A DNA stretch of 64,000 nucleotides from an uncultured cyanobacterium (GTDB lineage Bacteria; Cyanobacteriota; Cyanobacteriia; Cyanobacteriales; CAWCAG01), in NCBI GenBank assembly GCA_963803805.1, contig CAWDOD010000001.1, positions 32,001-96,000 on the forward strand, in the 5' to 3' direction. The stretch's first letter is position 1. Every line of letters begins with the position of its first letter. Shown here in pieces: positions 30,365-40,754 of this stretch. The position numbers were made by a program, and so were the translations under genes. Under the pieces are notes generated by a model. The model was not told the DNA's origin. It was given only the letters and a program-made list of their open reading frames with translations, and made no database searches.

Positions 30365-31129
30365 TTACAGGTCAAAGTCATCAAAACTGGTACTACCAGC
30401 CGCACTAACTCTGACGATAGTTCCCTGGTCTATTTCCTCTGTCCCATCAATTTGGATATCAAAAGGTAGTTCTTTACCTGCTAGCAAAGCATCCAAACTG
30501 CTGTTAGAAATAACATGAAGCTCTTCTTCATTTTCATCTTCTACTTTGTATATGGTAGAGCCGTATTCAGAAGTTCCAGTTTCTGCAACAACAGTATATT
30601 TTTGCTCCTCCTCCAAAGCTTTTAGAGGCACAGGGGCATTACCTGGAATCAAACGCACCATATCAAGAGGTGGTGTTCCTTCTCCCGTTTCCCCATCATG
30701 TTGCTTAAAGGTAGCGTAGAACTTATTGCTTGTACGAATGTCAATCTGTATAAGTTGTCCAGCAACTTTTATTTCCTGATAAGCATTGTAGCCAAGCCTG
30801 TATTTAACATACTCAATATCCAATGCTTTTAAAGAATTGAGGGCAGCATCGGTAACGATAAAAGTATTATCATCCTGTCTAAACAAAGTTAGTGTATTAG
30901 CGTAAAAACGGTCTTTTTTCTCACTATAAACAACCTGAACTGCAATTGCATCTTCAGGTAAAACTTCTAATTCTGATATTTTTTTAACTAAACTACCAAC
31001 GGGAATTTCAACTTTTTCTTCCTGCTTTGCTCTTTCTCTAATTTTTCTCGATTGTACTCCTATTTTTTGAGCAACTTTATATAAGTTTGTTACTTGTTTT
31101 GTTTCTTTTGTTTCTGTTGAAACTACCAT
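30365..31129 (-). CDS. Hypothetical protein with acidic-aromatic C-terminal tip
   Basis: 254-aa ORF ending SFDDFDL. Confidence 0.6.
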   Translation of the reverse strand: MVVSTETKETKQVTNLYKVAQKIGVQSRKIRERAKQEEKVEIPVGSLVKKISELEVLPEDAIAVQVVYSEKKDRFYANTLTLFRQDDNTFIVTDAALNSLKALDIEYVKYRLGYNAYQEIKVAGQLIQIDIRTSNKFYATFKQHDGETGEGTPPLDMVRLIPGNAPVPLKALEEEQKYTVVAETGTSEYGSTIYKVEDENEEELHVISNSSLDALLAGKELPFDIQIDGTEEIDQGTIVRVSAAGSTSFDDFDL

Positions 31130-31831
31130 TTATACTTCCTCTTTATTAATAACGAATACTTTACTACTAACTACTTTAAATTCGACTCCATCAAAACAAG
31201 TTCTACTTCGTCGAATGTTTTCTCCTTCTACTTGATTGATTCTCAAGCAAGGTAAACCATTTTGCTCTGCTTCTAAAACTTTAAAGAGTTTCTCATCTTT
31301 AGGAAGTCTAGGGTCTAAATAACGACTAAAAACAGGAGTTAATTCTTCCGTTTCTTCATCAGTTATATATACCCTGTAAAGCTTTCCTAATGAACCTTGA
31401 AGCTCATTAGAGTTAAGATCAACTAGAGTAGTTTGCGGTTCTTCAGCTATTTGGAAAGCTTCAGCTTTCTTAGCTATTTTGCTAATTGCTTTATCATCTA
31501 AAGAATCATCCACACTAGTTGTTACAATTGTTTCTAACTGAGATTTAGAAAAATAGCTATTAGCATCTTTCCAATTACTTGAATTACTATTGCTACAACC
31601 AGATAACAAACTACAAAGAACTGTTAGTAGTAAAAAGATACCTATCCCTAATCGCATGAAGTGAGTGAAAGATATTATCTTTAATGTGGGTGGTTCTAGT
31701 TCTTTGTCTGATATTGACTTGAGTTCGGAAAAAGTAGGTAGTTTAATTCTTCTTTCTCTTTTTTCAAAGTTAGGAACTTCGCCATCAAAAAAAGAATTAT
31801 CAAAGTCGTTATCTGTTATTTCTGTTTTCAT
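31130..31831 (-). CDS. Putative lipoprotein
   Basis: Hydrophobic stretch followed by lipobox LLSGC (true start may be internal). Confidence 0.55.
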   Translation of the reverse strand: MKTEITDNDFDNSFFDGEVPNFEKRERRIKLPTFSELKSISDKELEPPTLKIISFTHFMRLGIGIFLLLTVLCSLLSGCSNSNSSNWKDANSYFSKSQLETIVTTSVDDSLDDKAISKIAKKAEAFQIAEEPQTTLVDLNSNELQGSLGKLYRVYITDEETEELTPVFSRYLDPRLPKDEKLFKVLEAEQNGLPCLRINQVEGENIRRSRTCFDGVEFKVVSSKVFVINKEEV

Positions 31832-32352
31832 CTTGTAACCTCAATAGCTACATTACTAGGAATAGTTATATTCAACTTTTTAAGCGCTGTAACATCATCC
31901 TTACGCCAAATGACTTGGCTATCTTTTTGCCCAGCAACTTCTTCAGCTTTCTGCTGTAATCCCTCTTTACCTAAACGCTCTAAGTCTCTTTCATAAAGAG
32001 CATCCACTAACCTTTGACCGACATCACCACCTAGAGCATCTGGTAAGGAAATATTGCTACCGGAAATATCCAAATACTCTTGTTGACAATCCCCTCCTTG
32101 AGTGGAAGTAGAAACGACTAAAGGATTTGCATAGTCGCTGTCTATTTGATAAAGATGCAATAAGTGATACTCTTTATCACCTTCTGTAGTAGAAGCAACA
32201 ATTCTAGTTTTAGAACCATTAAAAAAACCATCCCAACTAGGAATACAAGCTTCCAGTTCACCAATACTCTGTTGGGCCACAACAGGATGAACCATCACTA
32301 CAGCAAGGGCCATAGCTACAGCTATTAAAATTAGTTTGAGTTTATTTTTCAT
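31828..32352 (-). CDS. Secreted hypothetical protein
   Basis: Signal peptide MKNKLKLILIAVAMALAVVMVHPVVA. Confidence 0.6.
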   Translation of the reverse strand: MKNKLKLILIAVAMALAVVMVHPVVAQQSIGELEACIPSWDGFFNGSKTRIVASTTEGDKEYHLLHLYQIDSDYANPLVVSTSTQGGDCQQEYLDISGSNISLPDALGGDVGQRLVDALYERDLERLGKEGLQQKAEEVAGQKDSQVIWRKDDVTALKKLNITIPSNVAIEVTR

Positions 32353-32363
32353 AACAGTCTTCC

Positions 32364-34739
32364 CTAATCAATCAAACGGTTGGGATCTACGGCTGCACTT
32401 TGAGGAGTACGCCAATTGTCCCCTTGATATTCGTAAACACCAAAATCTAATTGAGGCTGCTTGGTATTTCCAGAACTTCCGGAAGTTCCGAGAAGCTGAC
32501 CCTTACCAATTTCATCTCCTACAGAAACCTCAATATTTCCTAAGTGAGAGTAGCGAGTCTTTGTACCATCACCATGAGCTACTACAACCGTTTGCCCATA
32601 GCCACCCCAGGATTCAGCACCAATAACTTGCCCCCCATCTGCTGCTTTTATTTGCGTCCCAGTTGGGGTATCAATACTCACACCAGGATGAAAACTACTA
32701 CAACCAGAGCAAACTCTCGTTTGTCTACCAAAGTCATCTGCAACTGTATAACCAGATGCAGGGTTAATTAGTTTTCCTGTTACTACTCCTTTTTCACCAA
32801 CAGGGTCATCAGGAGTAGCATCAGCAGTATTTGTAACGCTTTTGCTACCCTCACCGATATCACAACTAGGGCTTCCACCAGTACCGTTGTAATACTGTCT
32901 TGTCTCTACTCCATATTCGTAAAGATTTAAACTACCAAGGGCATCACTATATCCAGCATCGACCTTAGAACCACTACCACCAAACCACTGCTGGGAAACA
33001 CGTTCAACTAACCGAGGGGTTCCTGGTTGAAACTTTTTACCTGTACGAGGATCAGTTTCTTGCAGTGCATCTTTGATATTACGATTCATCTTATTTCTAA
33101 AAGCTTCATCTTGAGCCGCAGGGGGAAAGAATTTGGCCATTTCAGCTTGGGTAGGTTCATCTCCTGCTGCTACCTCTTTAAGCCACTGCTTACCACCAGA
33201 AACTTGAGCAACCTGGTTTTTAACACTACGGTCGTAGCTCATAATTTGGTATGCTCCTAAAGCGACACCGCAGTTTTTTCCTTTATCAGCACAAGTAGGA
33301 GTACCAACGGCTCTATATCCTCCACTTCCTTGAGATTCAATAGCTGCGATCGCATCTCCCAAACCATCCATAGATAGACCAGCGCTTTCTTGCCCTGAAC
33401 AGGGCCTTTGAGGTGCTTGTCCCGCACTAGCAAGGCTTTTTCCACTGCTACCTTTAGGTTGTTGAGTTAGAAAACTTCGAGCTTGAAGAGCTTGTTTTTC
33501 GCTACCATGAACCTTACGACTTTCTCCTCCCCCCTGAAAGCCATCTAAGCGACCCATAAAAATGGTGTCGTCACGACGGAAACGCAAAAAGGGAGCAGGG
33601 ATAAAGTAAGGGGAACACCCCAAGTCAGGAATCCCCCGCTTACAAATACGGAAGTACATCCTGGTACTGACGTTATCGCTAGTCTCATCCGCTTCCCAAA
33701 CTACTACCTTAAAAGCATCTCCGAAAGGATGTCTCCCAGTTGGCTCAACGCCACCATTGAGATTCCCCAATACTCCAAAACCACCATTAACCTCCTGGTA
33801 CTTACCAGATATCCACTCTGCCCCTTCAAATTCTCCTTGAACCTTCTCCCCAGTATCTTCAGTATCATCTAGTTCTATATGGGAACAGTTATCTCTGCAC
33901 TTGACAGAGAAGCCCTCCTCATTGCTACCACTAACAGTTTGCTTCTGCCCTCCTTCAGCAGGGCCAAATACTTGATCTATTCGAGCTACTGTATTACCAA
34001 CCAAGCCAACAGAGTTAGGCATCTTAGCCAAGGGAACCTGATCTAACCCTGGCACTGTCTCAACAGTGCTACCTTCCCAACGTTGCAAGTCTCCTAATTT
34101 GGTATTCCTCACATTAGGAATATCTGTAATTGCATATTGCCCAAGATTAGCTTGCTCTAACTTCAAATCAGCCACAGCCGGGAATTGTTCAATTACCTGT
34201 CCAATTTCCATGTTGAGAACGTCTCTGCTTCCCCCAGGTAACGACAAAGAAGAAACTAAATCTTTGATTGGTAAAACCTCCTCAACTGTGAAACCCTTTA
34301 GGTAGGGAACAGCTTCTGCTAACTCTCTAATTGCCTGATCTGCTAGCAAGGGAAAATTATCTAAAGCTATTTGACCCAAATCTAGCCCACTGATCATTTC
34401 AATTTGACCAATGGGAAATTCTTGAGTTGACATAGCCGGGGCAATGTCCCCCAGTTTGAGGAATTGAGATGGAGAATCCCCCGATTGCCAAGTACGACTA
34501 AAATCGTAACCTAGAGATTGGTTAAAGCGATCATCAATGCTACCACTACCAATAACTTGCCCAATATTTTTCAGGTTAATCTGCTGGAAGTTAGGAACAA
34601 CTGCACTACTAACTTTCCCACCATTAATACTTTGATAGAGATTAGTTGGTAAAGGCTGAGTGCTTGCAATCGCACTAAAAGGGAAAGAAACAAACAATAC
34701 GATTACTAATAAAAATAGATATGCTACTCGTTTAATCAT
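32364..34739 (-). CDS. Secreted lytic transglycosylase-like + M23/LytM-fold protein (VirB1-like role)
   Basis: Signal peptide; AIAAIES...GAYQIM; C-terminal AADGGQV..GGYGQTVVVAHGDG..TRYSHL..VSVGD. Confidence 0.8.
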   Translation of the reverse strand: MIKRVAYLFLLVIVLFVSFPFSAIASTQPLPTNLYQSINGGKVSSAVVPNFQQINLKNIGQVIGSGSIDDRFNQSLGYDFSRTWQSGDSPSQFLKLGDIAPAMSTQEFPIGQIEMISGLDLGQIALDNFPLLADQAIRELAEAVPYLKGFTVEEVLPIKDLVSSLSLPGGSRDVLNMEIGQVIEQFPAVADLKLEQANLGQYAITDIPNVRNTKLGDLQRWEGSTVETVPGLDQVPLAKMPNSVGLVGNTVARIDQVFGPAEGGQKQTVSGSNEEGFSVKCRDNCSHIELDDTEDTGEKVQGEFEGAEWISGKYQEVNGGFGVLGNLNGGVEPTGRHPFGDAFKVVVWEADETSDNVSTRMYFRICKRGIPDLGCSPYFIPAPFLRFRRDDTIFMGRLDGFQGGGESRKVHGSEKQALQARSFLTQQPKGSSGKSLASAGQAPQRPCSGQESAGLSMDGLGDAIAAIESQGSGGYRAVGTPTCADKGKNCGVALGAYQIMSYDRSVKNQVAQVSGGKQWLKEVAAGDEPTQAEMAKFFPPAAQDEAFRNKMNRNIKDALQETDPRTGKKFQPGTPRLVERVSQQWFGGSGSKVDAGYSDALGSLNLYEYGVETRQYYNGTGGSPSCDIGEGSKSVTNTADATPDDPVGEKGVVTGKLINPASGYTVADDFGRQTRVCSGCSSFHPGVSIDTPTGTQIKAADGGQVIGAESWGGYGQTVVVAHGDGTKTRYSHLGNIEVSVGDEIGKGQLLGTSGSSGNTKQPQLDFGVYEYQGDNWRTPQSAAVDPNRLID

Positions 34740-34744
34740 GGCTT

Positions 34745-36418
34745 TTAGATATCATAAAAATCTGAAGAAGGTGGTCTTTTTGCTTGGGTACTAAAGATTG
34801 CAGGTGTTTTCTGATGTTCAGTTTCACTAGGAGCTAGTTTGTTTTCTTCTAACTCCCTCGGTTTTTGGAACATCTGTTGAGGCATTTGGGCAAAGCGGCT
34901 TGTATCTTTGGAACAAACTGGTGCTGCAAAGTCAGCTTCTCTGCGAATTTGATACAGATTATCCGAAGTAGATTGATTAGCGCTGGCAGGTTTGAAGTTA
35001 TCCCTTTCAGCTAGCAAGTCTTCTAAAGTTACCTCTGCTGGTCTATCTGCATAGTAGATATTTTCGGCTGTATGGCGTACTGCTTTACCAATTTCTGCTG
35101 GTGTACAACCACGGTACTCTCGAAATAAGACTCGCCACTCATTATCCTCAAAGCTATAACCTGGAAAGTACTTATTCAAATGCAGTTTGAAGATTTCATA
35201 CATTGCCCCAGCATGGGGTAAGTCAAAGAAGAAAACATACTCAAATCTACGGATCAACTCAGGACTAAGAGATTCAATCCGGTTGATTGTCGCAATCATA
35301 ATAGTAGGATCTTCATGCTCCTGCATCCAGGTTAGTAGTTTCCCTACCATTTTTGAAAGCACACCCCCACCAACTCCGGAATCCCAACCTAAAAAGGCTT
35401 TCTCAAATTCATCAAAAAATAGGATACAAGTACCAATCTCGGAACAAAAATCAAAGATATAATCTAAGTTTGCTAAAGACTCATGTATAGTTGGTGCAAC
35501 TAAGCCATTCCAATCACAACTTACTAAGGTGGCTCCAATCTCCTGTGCCGCAAGCTTTGATACTAAAGATTTACCAGTTCCGGGAATTCCCCAAAGTAAC
35601 ATCCCTTTGGGACATACTAAATTCCTCTCTAACTTAGCTTCTGGTTGCAGCAGTTTTTTTATTTTTTTGAAGGTTTCATAAACCAAGTCCATTCCGGCTG
35701 CATGAGGTACATCTGGTTCTCCAGTGATTTGAATGCCCCTCCCCATCAGTTTTTCAACTTTGTAGTCCATGATAAGTTTAGTTACTGATTCGATGGAATC
35801 AGTAACAGCCAAGGAGCGATTTAACACTAATTCAATTTCTCCCCTGGGCAAGCCTACACAAGCTTGGACTAACTGACTTAGATTCTCTCCCTCAAATAGT
35901 TTGCTGTGAACAATTATCTCTTTCACCTCCTGACGACCAGGGAAGCTATGGTGAAGGACAGGGAGAATGGGGTGGAGATTTAAAGGTACTTCAAATTCAT
36001 CGTCTACCAAGATTAAATACTGGTTGTTCTTCGCCTTGAGTTCATAGAAGGCATTGCTTATTTGGGAGCAAAGTAAATTATCTAATTTTTTAATTAAACC
36101 TTCAACGATGAAGATACCTTCTTGAAGAATAGAGAAGCTAGAAATCCCTGCAATAGCATCTACATCTCTACCAAAATTAACCTCACTAGGGTTTATTTGT
36201 AACGAGTTCCCAGAAGTTGTTGACGTTAATTTCTGTAGCTGTTTACCGTAGCCAGGGTTCCAGTAATATAGTGGAAGGTTCAAATCTTGGGCAAAGCTAT
36301 AAAACTTGTTCAGCAAGCCACTGTTGCACATCATGTCAACCACAGGACATTTGATAGCAACTAACTTCGTTCCTCTTTCAGCTAGTTTGGGCCAAGACTC
36401 AACAGTTTTATCTCTCAT
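34745..36418 (-). CDS. AAA+ ATPase (Ycf46-like)
   Basis: GIPGTGKS, FFDEFEK, ATINRIESLSPELIRRF; start taken at MRDKTVES. Confidence 0.8.
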   Translation of the reverse strand: MRDKTVESWPKLAERGTKLVAIKCPVVDMMCNSGLLNKFYSFAQDLNLPLYYWNPGYGKQLQKLTSTTSGNSLQINPSEVNFGRDVDAIAGISSFSILQEGIFIVEGLIKKLDNLLCSQISNAFYELKAKNNQYLILVDDEFEVPLNLHPILPVLHHSFPGRQEVKEIIVHSKLFEGENLSQLVQACVGLPRGEIELVLNRSLAVTDSIESVTKLIMDYKVEKLMGRGIQITGEPDVPHAAGMDLVYETFKKIKKLLQPEAKLERNLVCPKGMLLWGIPGTGKSLVSKLAAQEIGATLVSCDWNGLVAPTIHESLANLDYIFDFCSEIGTCILFFDEFEKAFLGWDSGVGGGVLSKMVGKLLTWMQEHEDPTIMIATINRIESLSPELIRRFEYVFFFDLPHAGAMYEIFKLHLNKYFPGYSFEDNEWRVLFREYRGCTPAEIGKAVRHTAENIYYADRPAEVTLEDLLAERDNFKPASANQSTSDNLYQIRREADFAAPVCSKDTSRFAQMPQQMFQKPRELEENKLAPSETEHQKTPAIFSTQAKRPPSSDFYDI

Positions 36419-36422
36419 TTTC

Positions 36423-37106
36423 CTATTCCTCAAATTTGCGATCGCCAGATGGAACAACCCACAGAAAACAGTAACCAGACACCGCCTGTTTTCCTAAGTA
36501 GTTAAGAGTTACTCCCAACTGACTTACTTTCTCTTGGCAGCTTCCATCTATTACATCCTCATTCCAACGCAACATATCTCTAGCAAACTCCCCTTGATCG
36601 CTAGTAGCCCATTTCAAAGCTTCTATCTGCTCGTTAGTAAGGGACATCTGTTGCTGCTTAGAAATCTGATACTGAGAATATCCCCATCCCCCAACCAGAC
36701 CTAATCCTAGAGAGGTACAAATGATTGTCCCAGCACCTACCAAAGAAAAGAAGGTCATTTTACTTTTAGACCCTTTAGCTTTCTCCATTGCCCCATCAAC
36801 CAAACTGCTAACAGAGTCACTGATATTTTTCTCAATCCCTTTACTAGCAGCAGATTTATAAGTTTCAAGTCGTTCCATAAGTTGCTCAGTAACATAGTCC
36901 CCAGCAGACTTATATTCTTTGGGTGCTTTTTCAAGGAGAACTTTGAGACTGGAGGTAGAGACTAACAAGGGAAAAACCGGGTCAGTTTCTCTAATTCCAG
37001 TTTGTTTGATTATTTGATAAACCTTATTCTTAAACTCTGCTGATTCTCCTTCTAGGGCTATGTCAATCAGTCCATTGTTATTTTCATTTGTCGTAGTAGC
37101 TGTCAT
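36423..37106 (-). CDS. Membrane-anchored plasmid protein (DUF6753-like)
   Basis: GIRETDPVF, single TM, LKWATSDQGEFARDMLRWN. Confidence 0.6.
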   Translation of the reverse strand: MTATTTNENNNGLIDIALEGESAEFKNKVYQIIKQTGIRETDPVFPLLVSTSSLKVLLEKAPKEYKSAGDYVTEQLMERLETYKSAASKGIEKNISDSVSSLVDGAMEKAKGSKSKMTFFSLVGAGTIICTSLGLGLVGGWGYSQYQISKQQQMSLTNEQIEALKWATSDQGEFARDMLRWNEDVIDGSCQEKVSQLGVTLNYLGKQAVSGYCFLWVVPSGDRKFEE

Positions 37107-37111
37107 AGTAA

Positions 37112-37969
37112 TTAAGCTGCTTCATTCGCTTTGTTATCTTTATCTTTGTCTTTAGACTGAGATAGCTGATTAAAACCAACAATGTCTTCCAAAAAGCTGA
37201 TTCCCTCTAACATTGCAAAAACTTCTTTCCTAAAATTGACTACTCTCTGGGCTGAAACAATGCCATAACCCGGTTCATCTATGAGTATTTCTTTACCTTC
37301 TAAGAAAGTTAACCCATTCTTGTCTAGAAAGAACTGCTCTTGCGGATAAAGCATAGGCAAATTAACATCCTCAATATCAAACTTGCTAACAGCTTTTTCA
37401 AACTCTTCATCTTTATACAAATACTCGAAGTTTGCTCCTCCAGTTACTCTACCTAGATTCTTGACCAATACATGATGTATATCTTCACCATGCTCTTTTA
37501 AAGAGGTATATAGTAGCTTGATACTTGAATAAGATCCATCTGTAAGAAATAGTTTATAAAGTTCGACATCATACTCTTCTTTCAAGCCGAGAATATCTGA
37601 TTTATTGAGCCAATTATTAACTTGCTCTTCTACATTACTAGGAAGATTGACAATAGTTATCCTATCTAGAGCAGAAGTAAATATCACATCTGGCTCAGCA
37701 ATTCTATACTTACTATCCGAAAATCCTATATATTCGCAGGGAGTGAGGCTGAAGTTGTTAGTTCCTGTATCAGACAAGCCTTGATCATAAATATCTGGCA
37801 ATCGCTCTTTGTCATAAACTATAGCAACATCAGGGTTATCTTGATCTGCCTCTATAAGCTGGTAATTGACCCTCCTATGCCAGAAGTACTCAACCAAGCT
37901 TTTCGTTGCAAAGCTTTTGCCTACTCCGCCTTTCTGACCGCCAACAAATATAATTTTATTTTTATCCAT
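37112..37969 (-). CDS. ParA/MinD-like P-loop protein (mobilisation accessory)
   Basis: GGQKGGVGKS, IEADQDNPDV, IVNLPSN. Confidence 0.7.
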   Translation of the reverse strand: MDKNKIIFVGGQKGGVGKSFATKSLVEYFWHRRVNYQLIEADQDNPDVAIVYDKERLPDIYDQGLSDTGTNNFSLTPCEYIGFSDSKYRIAEPDVIFTSALDRITIVNLPSNVEEQVNNWLNKSDILGLKEEYDVELYKLFLTDGSYSSIKLLYTSLKEHGEDIHHVLVKNLGRVTGGANFEYLYKDEEFEKAVSKFDIEDVNLPMLYPQEQFFLDKNGLTFLEGKEILIDEPGYGIVSAQRVVNFRKEVFAMLEGISFLEDIVGFNQLSQSKDKDKDNKANEAA

Positions 37970-38282
37970 TTCTATAAATACTCCTATTAACTTTTACTAT
38001 TAATTAAATTGAGTTAAGTATTGATACTTTAGTCTGAATGGTTTTTAGCGGAGGTATTTTTTTAACTCTCTATTAATTCCAAAATATCCACATCAAGACC
38101 TTTTCTTCCAATGTTTTCCTTAATATCTCCAACTAAATCTTCAATAGCTTTAAGATACGAATAAGTTTTTAATATTTCACTTTCTTGAGGTATAACTTTC
38201 TTCTTGTCATCAATACTCATAGCAATACATAATATAAAGTTTAAAAATCATCTAAAGTATAAAACCAAATCACCCTTTAATG

Positions 38283-38747
38283 TTAGCCACCAAACATTTT
38301 CAAGTCTTTATTTTTAACTTCTTTTAATTTGTCTTCAGGCTTTTCATCACTTTCTTTGTCAACAGCCCCTTCATATGTTAACTGCGAACTTGGGTGATCT
38401 ATAAGCTCTGAAATATCTATGCCTAGATTTTCTTTCACCTCTTTTTCTATCTCTGTTATAAGAGTTCTTAAGTCAGCAATTTGTCGGATAGCAGTAAAAA
38501 CAATTTTTCGTTTTACAAGTTCAATATCTTTTTCCTGCTGCTGATTGTTTGAGATGAATTTGTTTATGAGGGCAAAAGTTTCTACCCTATTTTTTATAGC
38601 ATCTGCAATTTGTGTTCTTCTAGTTGATTTATTTTTCCATTTCTTATGAAAATAATCTATGATGACATTATTTTCAGTATCTGCACCCTCTACTGCCGTT
38701 ATTCTGTAAGATAGATATTTTCGTTTTTTGTTAGTAGTATCAGCCAT
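38283..38747 (-). CDS. Small basic protein, candidate ParR-like adaptor
   Basis: Directly downstream of the parM-like gene; basic N-terminus KRKYLSYRI. Confidence 0.4.
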   Translation of the reverse strand: MADTTNKKRKYLSYRITAVEGADTENNVIIDYFHKKWKNKSTRRTQIADAIKNRVETFALINKFISNNQQQEKDIELVKRKIVFTAIRQIADLRTLITEIEKEVKENLGIDISELIDHPSSQLTYEGAVDKESDEKPEDKLKEVKNKDLKMFGG

Positions 38748-38846
38748 TTTTCTTATCTCATAGATACATCATGCTTTTTGTGATGATAGTTCTATATTTC
38801 AATTTCTGCACTCATCACGCCTGATAGCAGAATAAGAATAAGTTTG

Positions 38847-40022
38847 CTAGTTCGGGGAAGATAATGAAAAATACCTACATGACAAGCAATAAACATCTAT
38901 CAAGCGAAAAGCTAGAATATTTCTATCTTCCTCCTTGCTTACATGAGCAGATTGGTCAAATTCATCTTTAAGCCTTTGCTTAATTTCTTTCTGTATTTTG
39001 TTGCCCCAATATATTGATAACCCTTCAAAAAAACTTGTAATTTCATCTTCCAAATATCTAGCAGTTCCACCGCAAACAACCAACTGATCTATCTGATTGC
39101 GTTTGTCCAAGGTTCCTTTTAACCAGTTCTCAGTTAAGTTCCAGCATTCTTGCCTTGCACTATTTATGCTGTTTAGTATTTGTTTAGATTCAACTTTTTT
39201 GTTTTTAGGCTCTTCACTCCTAACCAAACTAGCTATTACACCAGAAGACGGCTTTGTTTCTTCATCAACTTTGAAAACTTTCTTAGCCAATGAATTTCTA
39301 TCCTGCCCGGAGGTATTTTTAATTACTCTATCTAATATTTGATAGAAGCCGAGATCGGTTGTTTTACCATATTGAATTGCTCCTCTTTGGAAAAATAGCA
39401 ACGAAACATTCCTATGCCCAAAGACTAAAACAGCAATATTCTTGGATTGAAACCAATTTTCACCTTTGTCTTCTGATAAAGAACAAGCCAATCCCCCTCC
39501 CTCTGGGAAACAGACAAAATTCTCTAAAGCTATCTGTATTCTTGTTCCTCGGAAATAAAACCTTTTGAGACTTTTTTCAAGCTGTTCTCTCAACTGTCCA
39601 TGGTTAGAGTATTCACCATGTGGAAGTAATGCAAATACAGATACACTAAACTTTTCATCAGTTGAAGCAAAGTTTTTTGTGATAATAGAGCCGAGGGCTG
39701 CCATAACCTTATGTACTGCTGATTCATACTTAAGACTATTCATACGAACTTTTGCATGAAGTTTTTTGGCTAAAAAACCAACGGCACAAACTGTATCGCT
39801 TCTCTTCTGCTCTTTGATCCAAGCGTCATCTTCTGGATTAGCCTGGTTATAGATACGACCATAACTGTTTAAAGAGCTTTCAGGAGTTTCTAAAACTTCT
39901 GGCTCCATGAAAAGAAGTCTTTTTTTATTTTCATCAGGAAGTCTGTAAATAATTTTTGTCAAACTTGTACCAGGATCAAATCCCAGCATTATATGACGAG
40001 CCACACTACTTAAGTACTCCAA
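38847..40022 (-). CDS. parM: ParM/StbA-family actin-like ATPase
   Basis: GFDPGTSLTK, FPEGGG, FGHRNVS, VCGGTA. Confidence 0.8.
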   Translation of the reverse strand: MEYLSSVARHIMLGFDPGTSLTKIIYRLPDENKKRLLFMEPEVLETPESSLNSYGRIYNQANPEDDAWIKEQKRSDTVCAVGFLAKKLHAKVRMNSLKYESAVHKVMAALGSIITKNFASTDEKFSVSVFALLPHGEYSNHGQLREQLEKSLKRFYFRGTRIQIALENFVCFPEGGGLACSLSEDKGENWFQSKNIAVLVFGHRNVSLLFFQRGAIQYGKTTDLGFYQILDRVIKNTSGQDRNSLAKKVFKVDEETKPSSGVIASLVRSEEPKNKKVESKQILNSINSARQECWNLTENWLKGTLDKRNQIDQLVVCGGTARYLEDEITSFFEGLSIYWGNKIQKEIKQRLKDEFDQSAHVSKEEDRNILAFRLIDVYCLSCRYFSLSSPN

Positions 40023-40152
40023 TCTTAGTTTTCAAAAGTTAAGTTGTGGCAAATTTATTTTTTATTTGGTGAATGAATCTTTTATATCACTGTTTTATTT
40101 TAATAGCAACTATTTAATTAGTAGATGGAAAAACTTTTTTTAGTTATAAACA

Positions 40153-40334
40153 ATGTGCGTTTGAAAACACACATTTATTGCGCGAATGTGCGTTTGAAAA
40201 CACACATTTGGAAATATTTATATATTACAATTGTATTACAACAGCTTTTTAAGCTGCTAAATCCAAAGGTACTTGCTGGATGTGCGTTTCCAAACGCACA
40301 TTTATTATACAGATGTGCGTTTTCAAACGCACAT
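40153..40334. repeat. Four 22-bp palindromic boxes ATGTGCGTTTnnAAAC(G/A)CACAT
   Basis: At 40153, 40186, 40280, 40313; two pairs, each with 33-bp spacing. Confidence 0.92.
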
Positions 40335-40754
40335 CTATACTTTTTCTCACAAAACTCAGTATTTTGTAGTATACACTTCCCTAACCTCAAGCCATAGTTT
40401 TGTCATACGTTAGTATTTTTGCTTAAATGTTGACTTTGGTATCAACTACTTTCTAAAAGTTTTTTCCTAATGTTTGATCATACTTTTGAATTTTTATTAT
40501 CAAAACTAGAAAACTTTAAAAAACTCTAGGGTTTTATGAATTAACTTTTTTATGTATTAGGGTTGATTTTTTTTATTTTCTTCGGTAATAATATTTGGCA
40601 AGAGATGGTTGCCAACTTCAAACAATTTACTAATTGTGTGATCGCAACTGTTATAACTGTGGTGAATTTGTTTTGCTTTGCAGTCTGATCTGCAATGCTT
40701 ATTTGGTGAATGAATTAGTAGCAAAATAAATCTCAACCCCATAAAAAATGAAAG

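Noticed and set aside
40125-40397. ORFs on both strands over the palindromic boxes
   Set aside because: Repetitive translation explained by the DNA repeats.
40400-40754. oriT nic site or replication origin
   Set aside because: Plausible position, but no recognisable nic consensus, and no rep gene in the window.
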